Notes under the pieces: model-generated
Database searches by the model: none
Told to the model about the DNA's origin: nothing
The model's input: only the letters and a program-made list of their open reading frames with translations
Assembly (NCBI GenBank): GCA_963665235.2
Contig: CAXXLX010000001.1
Span: 2,912,001-2,976,000, forward strand
Direction: 5' to 3'
Length of the DNA: 64,000 nt
Source of the DNA: Candidatus Poribacteria bacterium
GTDB lineage: Bacteria; Poribacteria; WGA-4E; WGA-3G
Translations under genes and position numbers: made by a program
Part shown: one piece after another, positions 27,700 to 37,265 of the stretch
How the letters are laid out: each line of letters opens with the position of its first letter
How positions within the stretch are numbered: position 1 is the first letter of the stretch

Positions 27700-29013
27700 T
27701 CACTTTTCCAAATCAACGATTACGGTAACGCGTTTTTCCGGCGCGAATATGCTTGTAGTCAAAGATTGGATGTCTGAATCGGTCACACGTTCGATGGCAG
27801 CGCGTAGTGCTTTACCCTCAATTTGTAGTTGATACCGCCGCCCAATGCTAAAGGCTAAACCGTACAGATTTTGACTCCACATCGCATCTGCTATATCGAC
27901 TGTACCCAGCATTGCCAACATGTTAATAGCTCGGAGTTTGTCCATCGGTGTGAGTTCCGAGGATAGCGCGGTTTTGAGGAGGTGTTCGAGTTCTTTCAGC
28001 ACAACGTCAACATCTTCTTCAGGCATTAATTCCGACTGGAGGACAAGGGTTGTCGTATCATCGAGCGGTGGGTAGAAAATCGGTTGGATTTTACCTGCCC
28101 CAAATTTCGCTTGTAGCATTCCCAGCAAACGCGCATATACGATAAGAAATGGGGCATATTCTTTGCTTCCCGGCGGTGGAGCAGCATATCCGATAGCGGC
28201 AACGCCAGTCGCATTTGGCACCATAGGTTGGACACTGACACGGTGAACAGTGCCAGTTTTTGCTTGCGGTTTAGGATGCGGTTTCGGGGGGAGTTTACCG
28301 GGCGGAATGTGACCGAAGTTTTGGTCAATGGACTTCAAGGTATCGTCAACGTCAAATTTACCGGCTACAACAAGCAGAGCGTTGTTCGGTTTATAATAAT
28401 CTGTCCAAAATTGCTGTAATTCATCAAGTGTGATTGTTTGGATGTGTGCAATGGCTCCACCGCGTTGTCCCCCTTGCGGAATAGGATGCAGCTGGGCGCG
28501 TGCATGGTTCAAGCCTGCTAATGAGGGTATGCCCCCGTACATGTTTGTTAATTCGTGTCTCACGCGAGGCACTTCACGTTCCACATCTGCTTCGGTGATG
28601 CGGAGAGCGTTCATGCGTGCTGCTATATCCTTGAGTTCTTCGGAAAATAGAGCTGGCTCAACAATCCCCGCGATGACAGTATAATCTAGTCCTGTTTGTG
28701 CGTTTAGTCCCGCTGGATAGCGTTTCATGAACTGCATTGCATTGCGTGCGGGTGTGTCGCCAGCAGCAGCGGTGCAATATAGGTGTTCAATGAGATGCGC
28801 CATACCGGATTTACCTATCGGGTCGTGTGCCTCGCCGATATTGTAAAGCACGACACAAGCAACCTTGTTTGCCGTTGGCACGGGACGCAAAATAACGGTG
28901 AGGCCATTATCCAGTTTGAACGGTTCAGGCGTTTCCGCTGATAGGGTCGCAGCTACAAATAGAATACCTATAATTAGCGGTGTCAAAACAAGCAGTTTAA
29001 TTCTATTGGTCAT
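27700..29013 (-). CDS. M16 (insulinase/pitrilysin) family peptidase, secreted
   Basis: Signal peptide, LDNGL, GMAHLIEH (inverted HxxEH) and YYKPNNA. Confidence 0.88.
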   Translation of the reverse strand: MTNRIKLLVLTPLIIGILFVAATLSAETPEPFKLDNGLTVILRPVPTANKVACVVLYNIGEAHDPIGKSGMAHLIEHLYCTAAAGDTPARNAMQFMKRYPAGLNAQTGLDYTVIAGIVEPALFSEELKDIAARMNALRITEADVEREVPRVRHELTNMYGGIPSLAGLNHARAQLHPIPQGGQRGGAIAHIQTITLDELQQFWTDYYKPNNALLVVAGKFDVDDTLKSIDQNFGHIPPGKLPPKPHPKPQAKTGTVHRVSVQPMVPNATGVAAIGYAAPPPGSKEYAPFLIVYARLLGMLQAKFGAGKIQPIFYPPLDDTTTLVLQSELMPEEDVDVVLKELEHLLKTALSSELTPMDKLRAINMLAMLGTVDIADAMWSQNLYGLAFSIGRRYQLQIEGKALRAAIERVTDSDIQSLTTSIFAPEKRVTVIVDLEK

Positions 29014-29038
29014 CCTTGGATATCTCCAAAATACAATT

Positions 29039-29090
29039 CAGGATAGACACATTCCCTCCGCTTTAGGAGCGGGGGAAAGCATCTGTCCTG
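29039..29090. other. Long intergenic hairpin
   Basis: Outer stem CAGGATAGA/TCTGTCCTG and inner stem TTCCC.CCGCT/AGCGGGGGAA. Confidence 0.5.
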
Positions 29091-29113
29091 TACAATTTTA
29101 GGTCGGGTAGCCT

Positions 29114-29710
29114 CTACAATTTTTGCAATTCGCTGACAATTTGATCAGAATCTAGACGGATATTAAATCTCTTATCAAGGAATTTCCATGCGATTTTACC
29201 GTTTTCATCAATAATGTAGGTAGCGGGCCGCCCTATATTTGGAGAAGTTGGGTCGATTACGTTGTATGCAGAAATCGCTTGTAGCTCCGCATCTGAAAGC
29301 ATGAGAAAAGTGATATTCAAATTACGTTGCGTTCGAGCCACGGCTGCTTGGCTATCCCGACTAATGGCAATTAGCTCTGCCCCTTCCGCTTTAATATCTT
29401 GATATCCATTTTGCAACTCAACGAGTTGCGATTGGCAGAACCCTCAGCCGCCGTATCGATAAAAGACAAGCACGACATTTTTGCCTGCATAATCGGCAAG
29501 GGAGTGGGTATTTCCATCGGCATCTGGCAGCGAAAATGCTGGTGCTGTTACCCCGACTGTTAAGCCCTCACCCGTTGGCAAGGGTTCCGGTTCCACTTCG
29601 TCGGGAGGTGTTATAATTGTTACGTTCGCACCATCAAAACAGGCCACACAAATAAGTGTCACTGCGATTAGCGCGATGTAGAAAAGTTGGTTAATAGGTT
29701 TCAGCTTCAT
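29114..29710 (-). CDS. Selenocysteine-containing AhpC/TSA (peroxiredoxin-like) protein, ~198 aa, in-frame UGA at 29444-29446
   Basis: Two ORFs join in frame through TGA as VVLVFYRYGG-U-GFCQSQLVELQ, giving UxxC at the thioredoxin-fold CxxC site. A SECIS-like hairpin follows. Confidence 0.88.
29413..29429 (-). promoter_or_regulatory. Putative bacterial SECIS element
   Basis: GCAACTC-GTT-GAGTTGC is a perfect 7-bp stem with a G-first loop, 21 nt after the UGA. Confidence 0.75.
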
Positions 29711-29886
29711 ATTTCATATCTCCTTCATCAAAATATTCGGTAATGTATTTGTATCAGTTATCTCGGACGCATTGTTGTCGGAAAACGTTCATGTTGCCAT
29801 CGCGCGTATGCGTTCCATGAATTTTATCATGAAACGTTGTTTGATGTCCATGCAAAATTGCCTTAAAACTTTTGCCATCTAGACCT

Positions 29887-30780
29887 TCAGTCCTTGATGA
29901 CTTGGAACGGTTTCGGTTTTTCAGCGGCGTTATTTTCCGTCTGAACAGGTTCCGGTGGAAATTGCGTGCAGACCGCTCCATTTTTCATTGCCCAGCGGAG
30001 GTTGTGCCAGGAACGTTTGCGCGTTTTGAGAATCTCCGGATTTGTCCATACCCCGGCGACAGCAATACGGCTTTTCTTACTCCGATTCGGTGGGCTGTAG
30101 TGCCACATACTGCTGTGCCAAAAGACGACATCGCCAGGCTCTAATTCTATATGATGGATACCATGTTTTTCGCGCATTTCTGTCACAGCTTCACGTGGCA
30201 GTTCACCGTGGATGCTGTCGGGATAAAGAACGTGCTCAATAATTTCTGTTTTGTGGCTACCGGGTATGAATTGCATACATCCGTTTTCCTGCGTTGCAGG
30301 TTCAAGCGGCATCCAGAAGTTGAACGGTTCTGTTTCACCGTCGCGCCAGAGTCCGTTATCTTGATGCCACGGTGTAGCACTTCCGGTGTGAGCAGGTTTA
30401 AGAAAACAGCTGTTGAACTTGACGATAATATCGTCTCCGAGGAAATAGCGTGCAATGTTCAGCAATGTTTCGCCTGCATGGACGTTGTGCCAGATAAGCG
30501 GGGATTGAACACAGAAGTTGCTCAGTTTGCGATAGCGTGCAATCCTGCCTTGTGGCGAATCGTCCATCGGGTTCATCGGGTCAACGTCTACGAAGGTGCC
30601 GGGTTCGGGCAGCATAATGACATTGCGAATAACGCCACGCAGCTCTGCCGCGAGGTCGCGTGGAATGACGTTCTGAAGAATGAAATAACCTTCAGTCTCA
30701 TACTGTGCTTTCTGCTCAGCGGTTGGTTGCCATTGCATCATTTTCATATCCTCGATTTCCTGTGCATGAGATTTTTCCAC
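29887..30780 (-). CDS. PhyH family dioxygenase
   Basis: TPWHQD, ENGCMQFIPGSH and WHYSPPN. The start may be slightly downstream. Confidence 0.88.
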   Translation of the reverse strand: MEKSHAQEIEDMKMMQWQPTAEQKAQYETEGYFILQNVIPRDLAAELRGVIRNVIMLPEPGTFVDVDPMNPMDDSPQGRIARYRKLSNFCVQSPLIWHNVHAGETLLNIARYFLGDDIIVKFNSCFLKPAHTGSATPWHQDNGLWRDGETEPFNFWMPLEPATQENGCMQFIPGSHKTEIIEHVLYPDSIHGELPREAVTEMREKHGIHHIELEPGDVVFWHSSMWHYSPPNRSKKSRIAVAGVWTNPEILKTRKRSWHNLRWAMKNGAVCTQFPPEPVQTENNAAEKPKPFQVIKD

Positions 30781-30848
30781 TTGCGATAAAATTTAGCAGA
30801 AATTGGAAAAAGTGTCAATCGGAAATAATTTTAAGCAGTAAAATTCAT

Positions 30849-30877
30849 TTGACAAAAACTTAAAAATGCGTTATAAT
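30849..30877 (+). promoter_or_regulatory. Consensus sigma70 promoter
   Basis: TTGACA-17 nt-TATAAT. Confidence 0.75.
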
Positions 30878-30940
30878 CATAATACTAACTTGCATGCCAA
30901 GGAGACAAGTTCTCCAAACTCCGAAATGAGGCTCAGAATC

Positions 30941-32425
30941 ATGCCGACAAACAGACACACAAACACAGCAGAAATTCCGCAAGACACGCGTGTGGAAATC
31001 TCTGTTCGGAATTTCGGTCCTATTTCCGAAGCCACAATCGACCTGCGACCACTGACGGTATTTGTTGGTCCAAGCAATACCGGTAAAACCTATTTCTCTA
31101 CGTTAATCTATGCGTTGCACGGGGCTTACAGCGGTTTCTCACGATTTCCTTGGCCCCCTCACACGTTGTGGTCCTTTATTGCTGATGCTCTGCACGACGC
31201 TGTGGACGAAGACATTCTAAAGACGCTTCAAAGGCTCAACACCTCGAACCGGCCGTTCACGTTCTCAGATCTATCACCGAAGATGAGGAAGCTGCTCCAG
31301 AAGCAGCTTGGAGACGCTAGAATGTTGACAGAGGGGCTTAGACACTATTTCGATGTTGATGCTGTGTCGGAACTGATTCGAGACACCGCGCGTGCCCCAC
31401 ATCCGTTTCAAACAGAGCAAACCGACAATCGAATGGAAGTTTTATTGAAGGTGAACGCGGAAAATCAAAATCTCTGGCATGTCCCGATAGAGGCGTTTGA
31501 AGACAAAGTTGACATTCATGGACAGCTCAATGAAGACCTGATACTTCTCCCCGCATCTGAGCGGGCAGCGGATGAACTACTCGGCATTGAGGAACTTTTG
31601 GAGCTGTTACAGGGCCCCCGGGAGATAGCGAAACGGTATTACCTCCCCGCCGCGAGGAATGGTATTATGCAGAGTCATAGTGTGATTGCAAGTTCGCTGG
31701 TCGCGCGTTCTACGCGTGTAGGCATTGAACGCTTTCCAGAGTTGCAGACATTTTCTGGTGGAATCGCAGATTTTCTGCAAGAGCTCATACGCCGAAAGAG
31801 ACGGGGAATCAAACCGAACAGCGACATTGTTGCCATTGCGGATACTATTGAAACCGAAGTGCTTTCAGGAAAAATAGAGATTAGAAGACCTACCCCTGAG
31901 GGATATCCAGAATTCGTCTACCAGGCGGCAGACATGGCGACAGAAATTCGTCTGTCTCGTGCGTCATCAATGGTGTCAGAGCTGGCCGCCTTTGTGCTGT
32001 TTCTTCGAGGTGCCGTGCGGCCGAATGATACGCTCATTATTGAAGAACCTGAAGCACACCTTCATCCCGGGGCACAATCTACCATGGCGGTCGCCTTGGC
32101 ACGTCTAGTTCACGCTGGTGTACACGTCGTCTTGACAACACATAGCGATTGGTTTCTTGAAGAGCTTGGCAATCTCCTTCGAGTAGGGGAGCTCAACGAG
32201 CTTGGCGAACAGGTGAGCAACTCGCCCTATTTTCTCCGCAAAGACCAGATTGGGGTCTGGCATTTCCAAAAGGACCAGCCCGTGGAGGAAATTCCATATC
32301 ACCGCTTCGCCGGCGTGGAACCCCAGGAGTACGGGACGATTGCTGAGACACTTTACAACCGTTCAGCAAGCCTCCAGAACCAACTTGAGCTTGCCACACA
32401 GGGGAACGAATCAGACGATGACTGA
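30941..32425 (+). CDS. AAA/ABC-type ATPase (AAA_15/AAA_21-like)
   Basis: VRNFGPI, GPSNTGKT, SSMVSE, IIEEPEAHLHP and TTHS. The start is placed downstream of the promoter. Confidence 0.85.
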   Translation: MPTNRHTNTAEIPQDTRVEISVRNFGPISEATIDLRPLTVFVGPSNTGKTYFSTLIYALHGAYSGFSRFPWPPHTLWSFIADALHDAVDEDILKTLQRLNTSNRPFTFSDLSPKMRKLLQKQLGDARMLTEGLRHYFDVDAVSELIRDTARAPHPFQTEQTDNRMEVLLKVNAENQNLWHVPIEAFEDKVDIHGQLNEDLILLPASERAADELLGIEELLELLQGPREIAKRYYLPAARNGIMQSHSVIASSLVARSTRVGIERFPELQTFSGGIADFLQELIRRKRRGIKPNSDIVAIADTIETEVLSGKIEIRRPTPEGYPEFVYQAADMATEIRLSRASSMVSELAAFVLFLRGAVRPNDTLIIEEPEAHLHPGAQSTMAVALARLVHAGVHVVLTTHSDWFLEELGNLLRVGELNELGEQVSNSPYFLRKDQIGVWHFQKDQPVEEIPYHRFAGVEPQEYGTIAETLYNRSASLQNQLELATQGNESDDD

Positions 32426-32909
32426 AGTTCTTCGAAACATTGCAACACAAATCGGCGCGGCACATCTGATTTTCAATAAGAACGCGCTCACTCGAGAGAA
32501 TTGTCGCGTAGACTTGACCGGTCTTCCGACCGATAGAGTTGTCGTAGATATGGACCTAATGTTTCCGAGTGGGCAGCCTGGTCAAAAACAGTGTGATTAC
32601 GTTCTCTTTTTCCTGAATACGTCTCAAGACACCTGTTTCACCGTGCCGATGGAACTCAAAGGTGGCGCGATTAGAGGAGCCGTGGAACAGTTGCAACAGG
32701 GGGCGGACTTTGCGGGGCACTATGTGCCGAGGGGTTACAAAACTATCTGCTTGCCAATCCTTTTTCATAAAGGTATTTCGACCTTAGCGCACAGAGCCCT
32801 CCAAAAACGCAAGGTGCGTTTCCGAGGTTTGAAAATGACGGTGGAAACAACACGCTGCGATGCAAATAGGAATCTGGTTGCTGTTTTGTCAAAATCGAGT
32901 CTCGACTAG
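32418..32909 (+). CDS. Small PD-(D/E)XK-like protein coupled to the ATPase
   Basis: CDYVLF...MELKGG. The start overlaps the ATPase stop (ATGACTGA). Confidence 0.6.
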   Translation: MTEVLRNIATQIGAAHLIFNKNALTRENCRVDLTGLPTDRVVVDMDLMFPSGQPGQKQCDYVLFFLNTSQDTCFTVPMELKGGAIRGAVEQLQQGADFAGHYVPRGYKTICLPILFHKGISTLAHRALQKRKVRFRGLKMTVETTRCDANRNLVAVLSKSSLD

Positions 32910-32960
32910 CACTTTCGGGACTGCAATAGAGCTTGATAAATCGTGCTTTTAGGAACAAAA

Positions 32961-33701
32961 ATGCTGACACAAGAAATGTTACAGGACGTGCCGTCGTTGC
33001 CGGGAGTCTACTTTTTTCATGGTGCCTCCGGCAAAATTCTTTACATCGGCAAGGCGAAATGCTTACGAAAACGGGTACGCTCATACCTGCATAAGGTCAA
33101 AAAACGGCCCACCAAGATTAAACGGTTAGTGCGTTGGACAACGGATGTGCAGTATCAGGTATGTCGCTCGGAGTTAGAGGCTCTTTTCCTTGAATCCCGG
33201 TTGATTAAGGAGCATCAACCCTCTTACAACACTGCCTTAAAATATGAGCGGAAATCGTGGTATATTCGGATTGACCTTGGGGCAGATTTTCCAGCTGTGG
33301 AGCAGGTATCTGAAATCCAACCGGACACAGCCCGTTATTTCGGCCCGTTTTTTAGTAAAAGATGGACAGCAGAGGCTATTGACGTTTTTCATCGGATTTT
33401 TCCGATTCGAACGTGTGAGGGGAATATTGTGCCGCGTCCGGGGTTTCGGCCCTGTTTCCAATATCATATTGAGCGATGTCAGGCACCGTGTGCAGCGTAC
33501 GTTACAAAAACGACATATCAGGCAATGATAGCAGATATAGTCGATTTGCTGGATGGCAATTATTCGGAAGTTTTCATATCCCTGGTCAACAAGCGAGAGG
33601 CTGCGGCGGCAGCACTTCAATTTGAAAGAGCAGCTGCCTTTCAAAAACAGCTCGAACGGATCCAAAAGGTCTTTACGTTTTTGGACGCGTATCGAAAATA
33701 A
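32961..33701 (+). CDS. GIY-YIG nuclease of UvrC N-terminal/Cho type with UVR domain
   Basis: PGVY..LYIGKAKCLRKRVRSY, EALFLE..PSYN, YFGPF, Cys cluster and LQFERAA. It lacks the UvrC C-terminal half. Confidence 0.85.
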   Translation: MLTQEMLQDVPSLPGVYFFHGASGKILYIGKAKCLRKRVRSYLHKVKKRPTKIKRLVRWTTDVQYQVCRSELEALFLESRLIKEHQPSYNTALKYERKSWYIRIDLGADFPAVEQVSEIQPDTARYFGPFFSKRWTAEAIDVFHRIFPIRTCEGNIVPRPGFRPCFQYHIERCQAPCAAYVTKTTYQAMIADIVDLLDGNYSEVFISLVNKREAAAAALQFERAAAFQKQLERIQKVFTFLDAYRK

Positions 33702-34217
33702 TGGTAGGGATCACATGAAATATGGAGATGAGACAGGTCAAGGCACCCACCACCTAAAGGCGGGGCCTTGTGCTTCGTAGACATAAGTCCTTCCGAAGAA
33801 GTGTCTCACATCGTCTCCACAGGGGCATCCAAGCAGCCCCTCAACATGAAAGTTGACTATTTATTTTCGGAATAAGTCGTTTTGGACTTGATAAAATTTG
33901 TTAAATCGCCTTAAACGCTTGTGTTTATTAGGTTTTTAGCTTATCCAAAGTACCCAAGATTGATATAATATCAGTACTCATTACTGACCCGTATAGCGGG
34001 TATAATAAGATAATAAGATTGGTAAAGAAATGAAAAAAGTGTTATACTCTATAATATCGACCAAACGTATCATTCAATATGGGATTCCTTTTACTAAAAT
34101 TAGATTTTAGGCTGATGCTTTGGTCGGCAGGGAATCCCTACCTTTATTATCTTTGGTGGAAGGTCCACCGAATAAGAACAGGGAACCCGACCAACTTTTA
34201 CATTAAGGAGAATTCTT

Positions 34218-35056
34218 ATGTTAAAAATAAGATTAGTTCTGCTTGTAGTCGCGCTCTGTTTCCTGTTCGCTGTTCTGAATAGTCCTGCAGCGTCTGTCGA
34301 TATGTCCGCAGGGGTTTATGATGATAATGGCGATGGTAATGACACTGTCTTCGTCACTGTAGTCGCAGATGAAGACATATTGTGTATCGACTGGTCTATC
34401 CGGTCCACAGACGACACCTTATACCCTGACCCTAAAAAGCCCTTTTTATTTGAAAAGTCGGGGATGTATGGCACGAGATGGGTTTATGAGTCCTTCTCCA
34501 TCCCAGGGCACATTAAAGGCACAAAATATATGATAGAAGCAGAGGCCTGGTTCTGGGATGGAACAATTGCGTATCGGATACTGCTTCGGATGAGTTTCGT
34601 GTCTATAAACCGATCGTCAAAACCGGTGTTGGCAGTTTAACCGGTGTTAATGGTACTGCATGCATTTGGAGGCAAGAGTTTAATGGGTGGTCTTTCACCA
34701 TGAGTGGTTATGTCCGCGTCCGTAACGACACCAAACAGACCCTCACTGCACTCGGGTGGTTCCGACATCAAGAGTGGGATGACGAAGACGGCGATTTTAT
34801 ATCTGAAAAACGGGATACAAAAGACATGGTCTCCCTTGAACCGGGTGATGGGTATTACGAGAACCCCGATACTTCAACAATAGAATTTGTGCACGGCAGA
34901 CCGATGAGCCCGACTGACAAGCGTTTTTTTAATGCACATACTCACCTTCAGGTGGGTCTCACGCGAGGTAATGCTGAGAGAGACGACTGGGAGGCAGATA
35001 CAGAACAACAGACGGGGACGACTGCTGTAAAGTTTACGGATAAAGACAATCCATAG
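34218..35056 (+). CDS. Secreted hypothetical protein split by a frameshift near 34560
   Basis: Signal peptide. The frame of the 34700 ORF is open upstream (NNCVSDTASDEFRVYKPIVK...). Confidence 0.6.
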
Positions 35057-35121
35057 TCGTTTGTCCATAAAACCGGCAGGGGACACGTGCCCCTGCCACT
35101 CTCTCTAAAAGGAGCAATGTT

Positions 35122-36189
35122 ATGAACGGATACAAAGTCAGTATACTCTGCTTGCTGCTATTGCTGCTCGGGACAGCCGCCCACGCCAAAATCCTTTTCG
35201 GTTTCTTTCGCGATGGGGAGATAGGCAAAATAGGCAGTGGGGTGAAAGGTATCTACGTGATGGACGATGATGGCAGCAACCTGACACTTCTTATAGAAAC
35301 CAAAGACGAAGGTGGTTGGAAGTTGAGACCCAGCTCCGCGCGCTGGTCTCCAAACGGTCAACAGATACTGTTTCGGATGGGTTCTTCCCTCTATTTGATG
35401 GATGCGGATGGCACAAACATTCAGCGACTCCCAGAAACCAGTCATGTCCTTAGCGGTTCCTTTTCACCGGATGGAAAGTCTATCGTTTATGCGAGAGATA
35501 TTTATGAGGGTGCCAAGTTTATAAAACACACTATCACCGTGATGGAGCTTGCGACGCGCAAGACGAAAATCATTGCGGAGGAAGATGCTGTCAACTGCGA
35601 TTGGTCGCCCGATGGGAAGCAGATTGTGTATGATAAACCGTCGGGGGTTGGTGGTGGGGGGGGCACGATTTGGATTATGGGTGCAGATGGAGAGAACCCG
35701 CGCCCATTGATTCCCGCTCCGCCTAAGGGCAAATTTCGGACACACCGCCAAGTCCCGCGTTGGTCGCCCGATGGCAAACATGTTGCGTTTCTGCAAAGAG
35801 AGTATAGCTGGCAGCGGTGGCCGGGGCTGAATCCCACGTTTCTCATCTACCATGCACATCGGTATATGATATGTGATCGCGACGGTGTTCATATCCAACA
35901 ACTGCTGATCCCCAAAGACTACGAAGCGGTGAGTTTAGACTGGATGGATGATGGCGCCTCTATCGTTTTCACTGCAATCGCTGATGCTCCCATAGACGAA
36001 CCGGTCCTGCGCGATTTTGTGTGGCCCCCGAGTTATGTCTATAAATATCATAGACGGACAGGGGACATCATACAGCTCACAAACAATCCGGAGTGGGATC
36101 AGGTAATAGATTGGATAAGTGATGATGCGCTGCCTGTAGCCCCACACGGAAACAAAAAAAAAGTGACGTGGGGAGTGCTGAAGAAATAA
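35122..36189 (+). CDS. TolB-like PD40 beta-propeller secreted protein with C-terminal TWG-LK motif
   Basis: Signal peptide, repeated WSPDG/MDADG, ending PVAPHGNKKKVTWGVLKK. Confidence 0.8.
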   Translation: MNGYKVSILCLLLLLLGTAAHAKILFGFFRDGEIGKIGSGVKGIYVMDDDGSNLTLLIETKDEGGWKLRPSSARWSPNGQQILFRMGSSLYLMDADGTNIQRLPETSHVLSGSFSPDGKSIVYARDIYEGAKFIKHTITVMELATRKTKIIAEEDAVNCDWSPDGKQIVYDKPSGVGGGGGTIWIMGADGENPRPLIPAPPKGKFRTHRQVPRWSPDGKHVAFLQREYSWQRWPGLNPTFLIYHAHRYMICDRDGVHIQQLLIPKDYEAVSLDWMDDGASIVFTAIADAPIDEPVLRDFVWPPSYVYKYHRRTGDIIQLTNNPEWDQVIDWISDDALPVAPHGNKKKVTWGVLKK

Positions 36190-36437
36190 AACCTTAATTT
36201 ATTTTTGAGAGTGCTTTTATCATACCCACGCTTTTACCTGTGGCAGTCCAGGACACGAACACTGGCTTTTAGCAATTAGCAAGAGAGGAAATGCCACCCT
36301 CTGACGCCCGTCAGAAACCTGTTTAGGATCACAACATCTTGCTAATCGCCAACGGTCAACGGTTTCCAATAGCCAACAAAAAAGGAGCGGGCATTCCTCC
36401 CCGCGCTAAAGCGTCGGGGTCTCCTGCCCGAAGATTG

Positions 36438-36746
36438 ATGGACAAAGAAGTCCTTGGTGGGACTGATGGCAAAGCCCGTTGCAATTGTGGCAAGCTCCGT
36501 TACCCGCGTTATCCTATATGCCCTAAATGCTACTATGAGGGACCACAGAAACCCCCGAAAAAGTTGTCGCGCGAGGAATTGTTGAAAATGCAAACGCCTA
36601 AACGGATGCCACTCGCCGACCGACAGGAGCGGATACAATTCCTGCAAAAGCGTTACGGCACGCAATTGCGAGGAAAAGATATCCGATATATGAAAAATGC
36701 ACAGGTGTACGCCTTGTCAGAACAAGCAGGCTATAGGCGGAAATAA
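36438..36746 (+). CDS. Small basic hypothetical protein with Zn-ribbon-like CxC...CxxC
   Basis: MDKEVLGG..CNCG...CPKC. The upstream part of the called ORF overlaps the hairpin end. Confidence 0.55.
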   Translation: MDKEVLGGTDGKARCNCGKLRYPRYPICPKCYYEGPQKPPKKLSREELLKMQTPKRMPLADRQERIQFLQKRYGTQLRGKDIRYMKNAQVYALSEQAGYRRK

Positions 36747-36762
36747 TTTTTGAAAATATTCC

Positions 36763-36791
36763 TTGACAAATAATTACAGCTATGCTACAAT
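36763..36791 (+). promoter_or_regulatory. Sigma70 promoter of the HMA selenoprotein pair
   Basis: TTGACA-17 nt-TACAAT with TGn. Confidence 0.65.
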
Positions 36792-36826
36792 AATTAATAA
36801 TCAATAATTCTGAAGGAGGAAATTCG

Positions 36827-37204
36827 ATGTATATCGCAAGACTATCACTGATTTGCCTCGTCGCCTTTGCATTCCTCATCGGTTGCGGCATGCTGAATAA
36901 GCAGGCAGAGATGACCGAGCCTACGCAAACCGAAACGGCTGAAGCTGTGACTGTGACGGAAGTGGTGAAGACCAAACCGGTCATAGAGGAAGTGACGCTT
37001 AAGGTAACAGGTATGACGTGAGGCGGCTGTACCAGTGCGGTGCAGGATGCACTCAGTCAGGTCACCGGTGTCTCTGAGGTTGTCAGTGTTTCTAGAAAGA
37101 CGAGTACGGCTGTCGTGAAGATTAAAAAGGGCAAAGTTACACATGCTGCCCTGATTCAGGCTGTTGAAGCTGATCCGCGTTTCAAGGCAACAGTCGCTAA
37201 TTAG
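36827..37204 (+). CDS. Selenocysteine-containing heavy-metal-associated (CopZ/MerP-like) lipoprotein 1, 125 aa, UGA at 37019-37021
   Basis: Lipobox LIGC. VTGMT-U-GGCTSAVQDAL..GV completes an HMA fold. SECIS-like GTGCA-GGA-TGCAC at 37040-37052. Confidence 0.9.
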
Positions 37205-37265
37205 CAGTATGGAGGGGTGAGGATTACTCACTCTTTACGCTACCTCAAAAAGGAGCACGATTGAC

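Larger units (their letters stand above)
33737..36437 (+). mobile_element. Putative non-autonomous IS200/IS605 (IscB-type ends) element carrying cargo genes
   Basis: Left end GTCAAGGCACCCACCACCTAAAGGCGGGGCCTTG. Right end AAAGGAG-CGGGCATTCCTCCCCGCGCTAAAGCGTCGGGGTCTCCTGCCCG-AAGATTG then ATG. Both are CTAAAG-loop hairpins in the same orientation. Confidence 0.55.

Noticed and set aside
36789-36810. Fur-box-like AT-rich motif upstream of the HMA genes
   Set aside because: The match to GATAATGATAATCATTATC is out of register and can be explained by AT richness.
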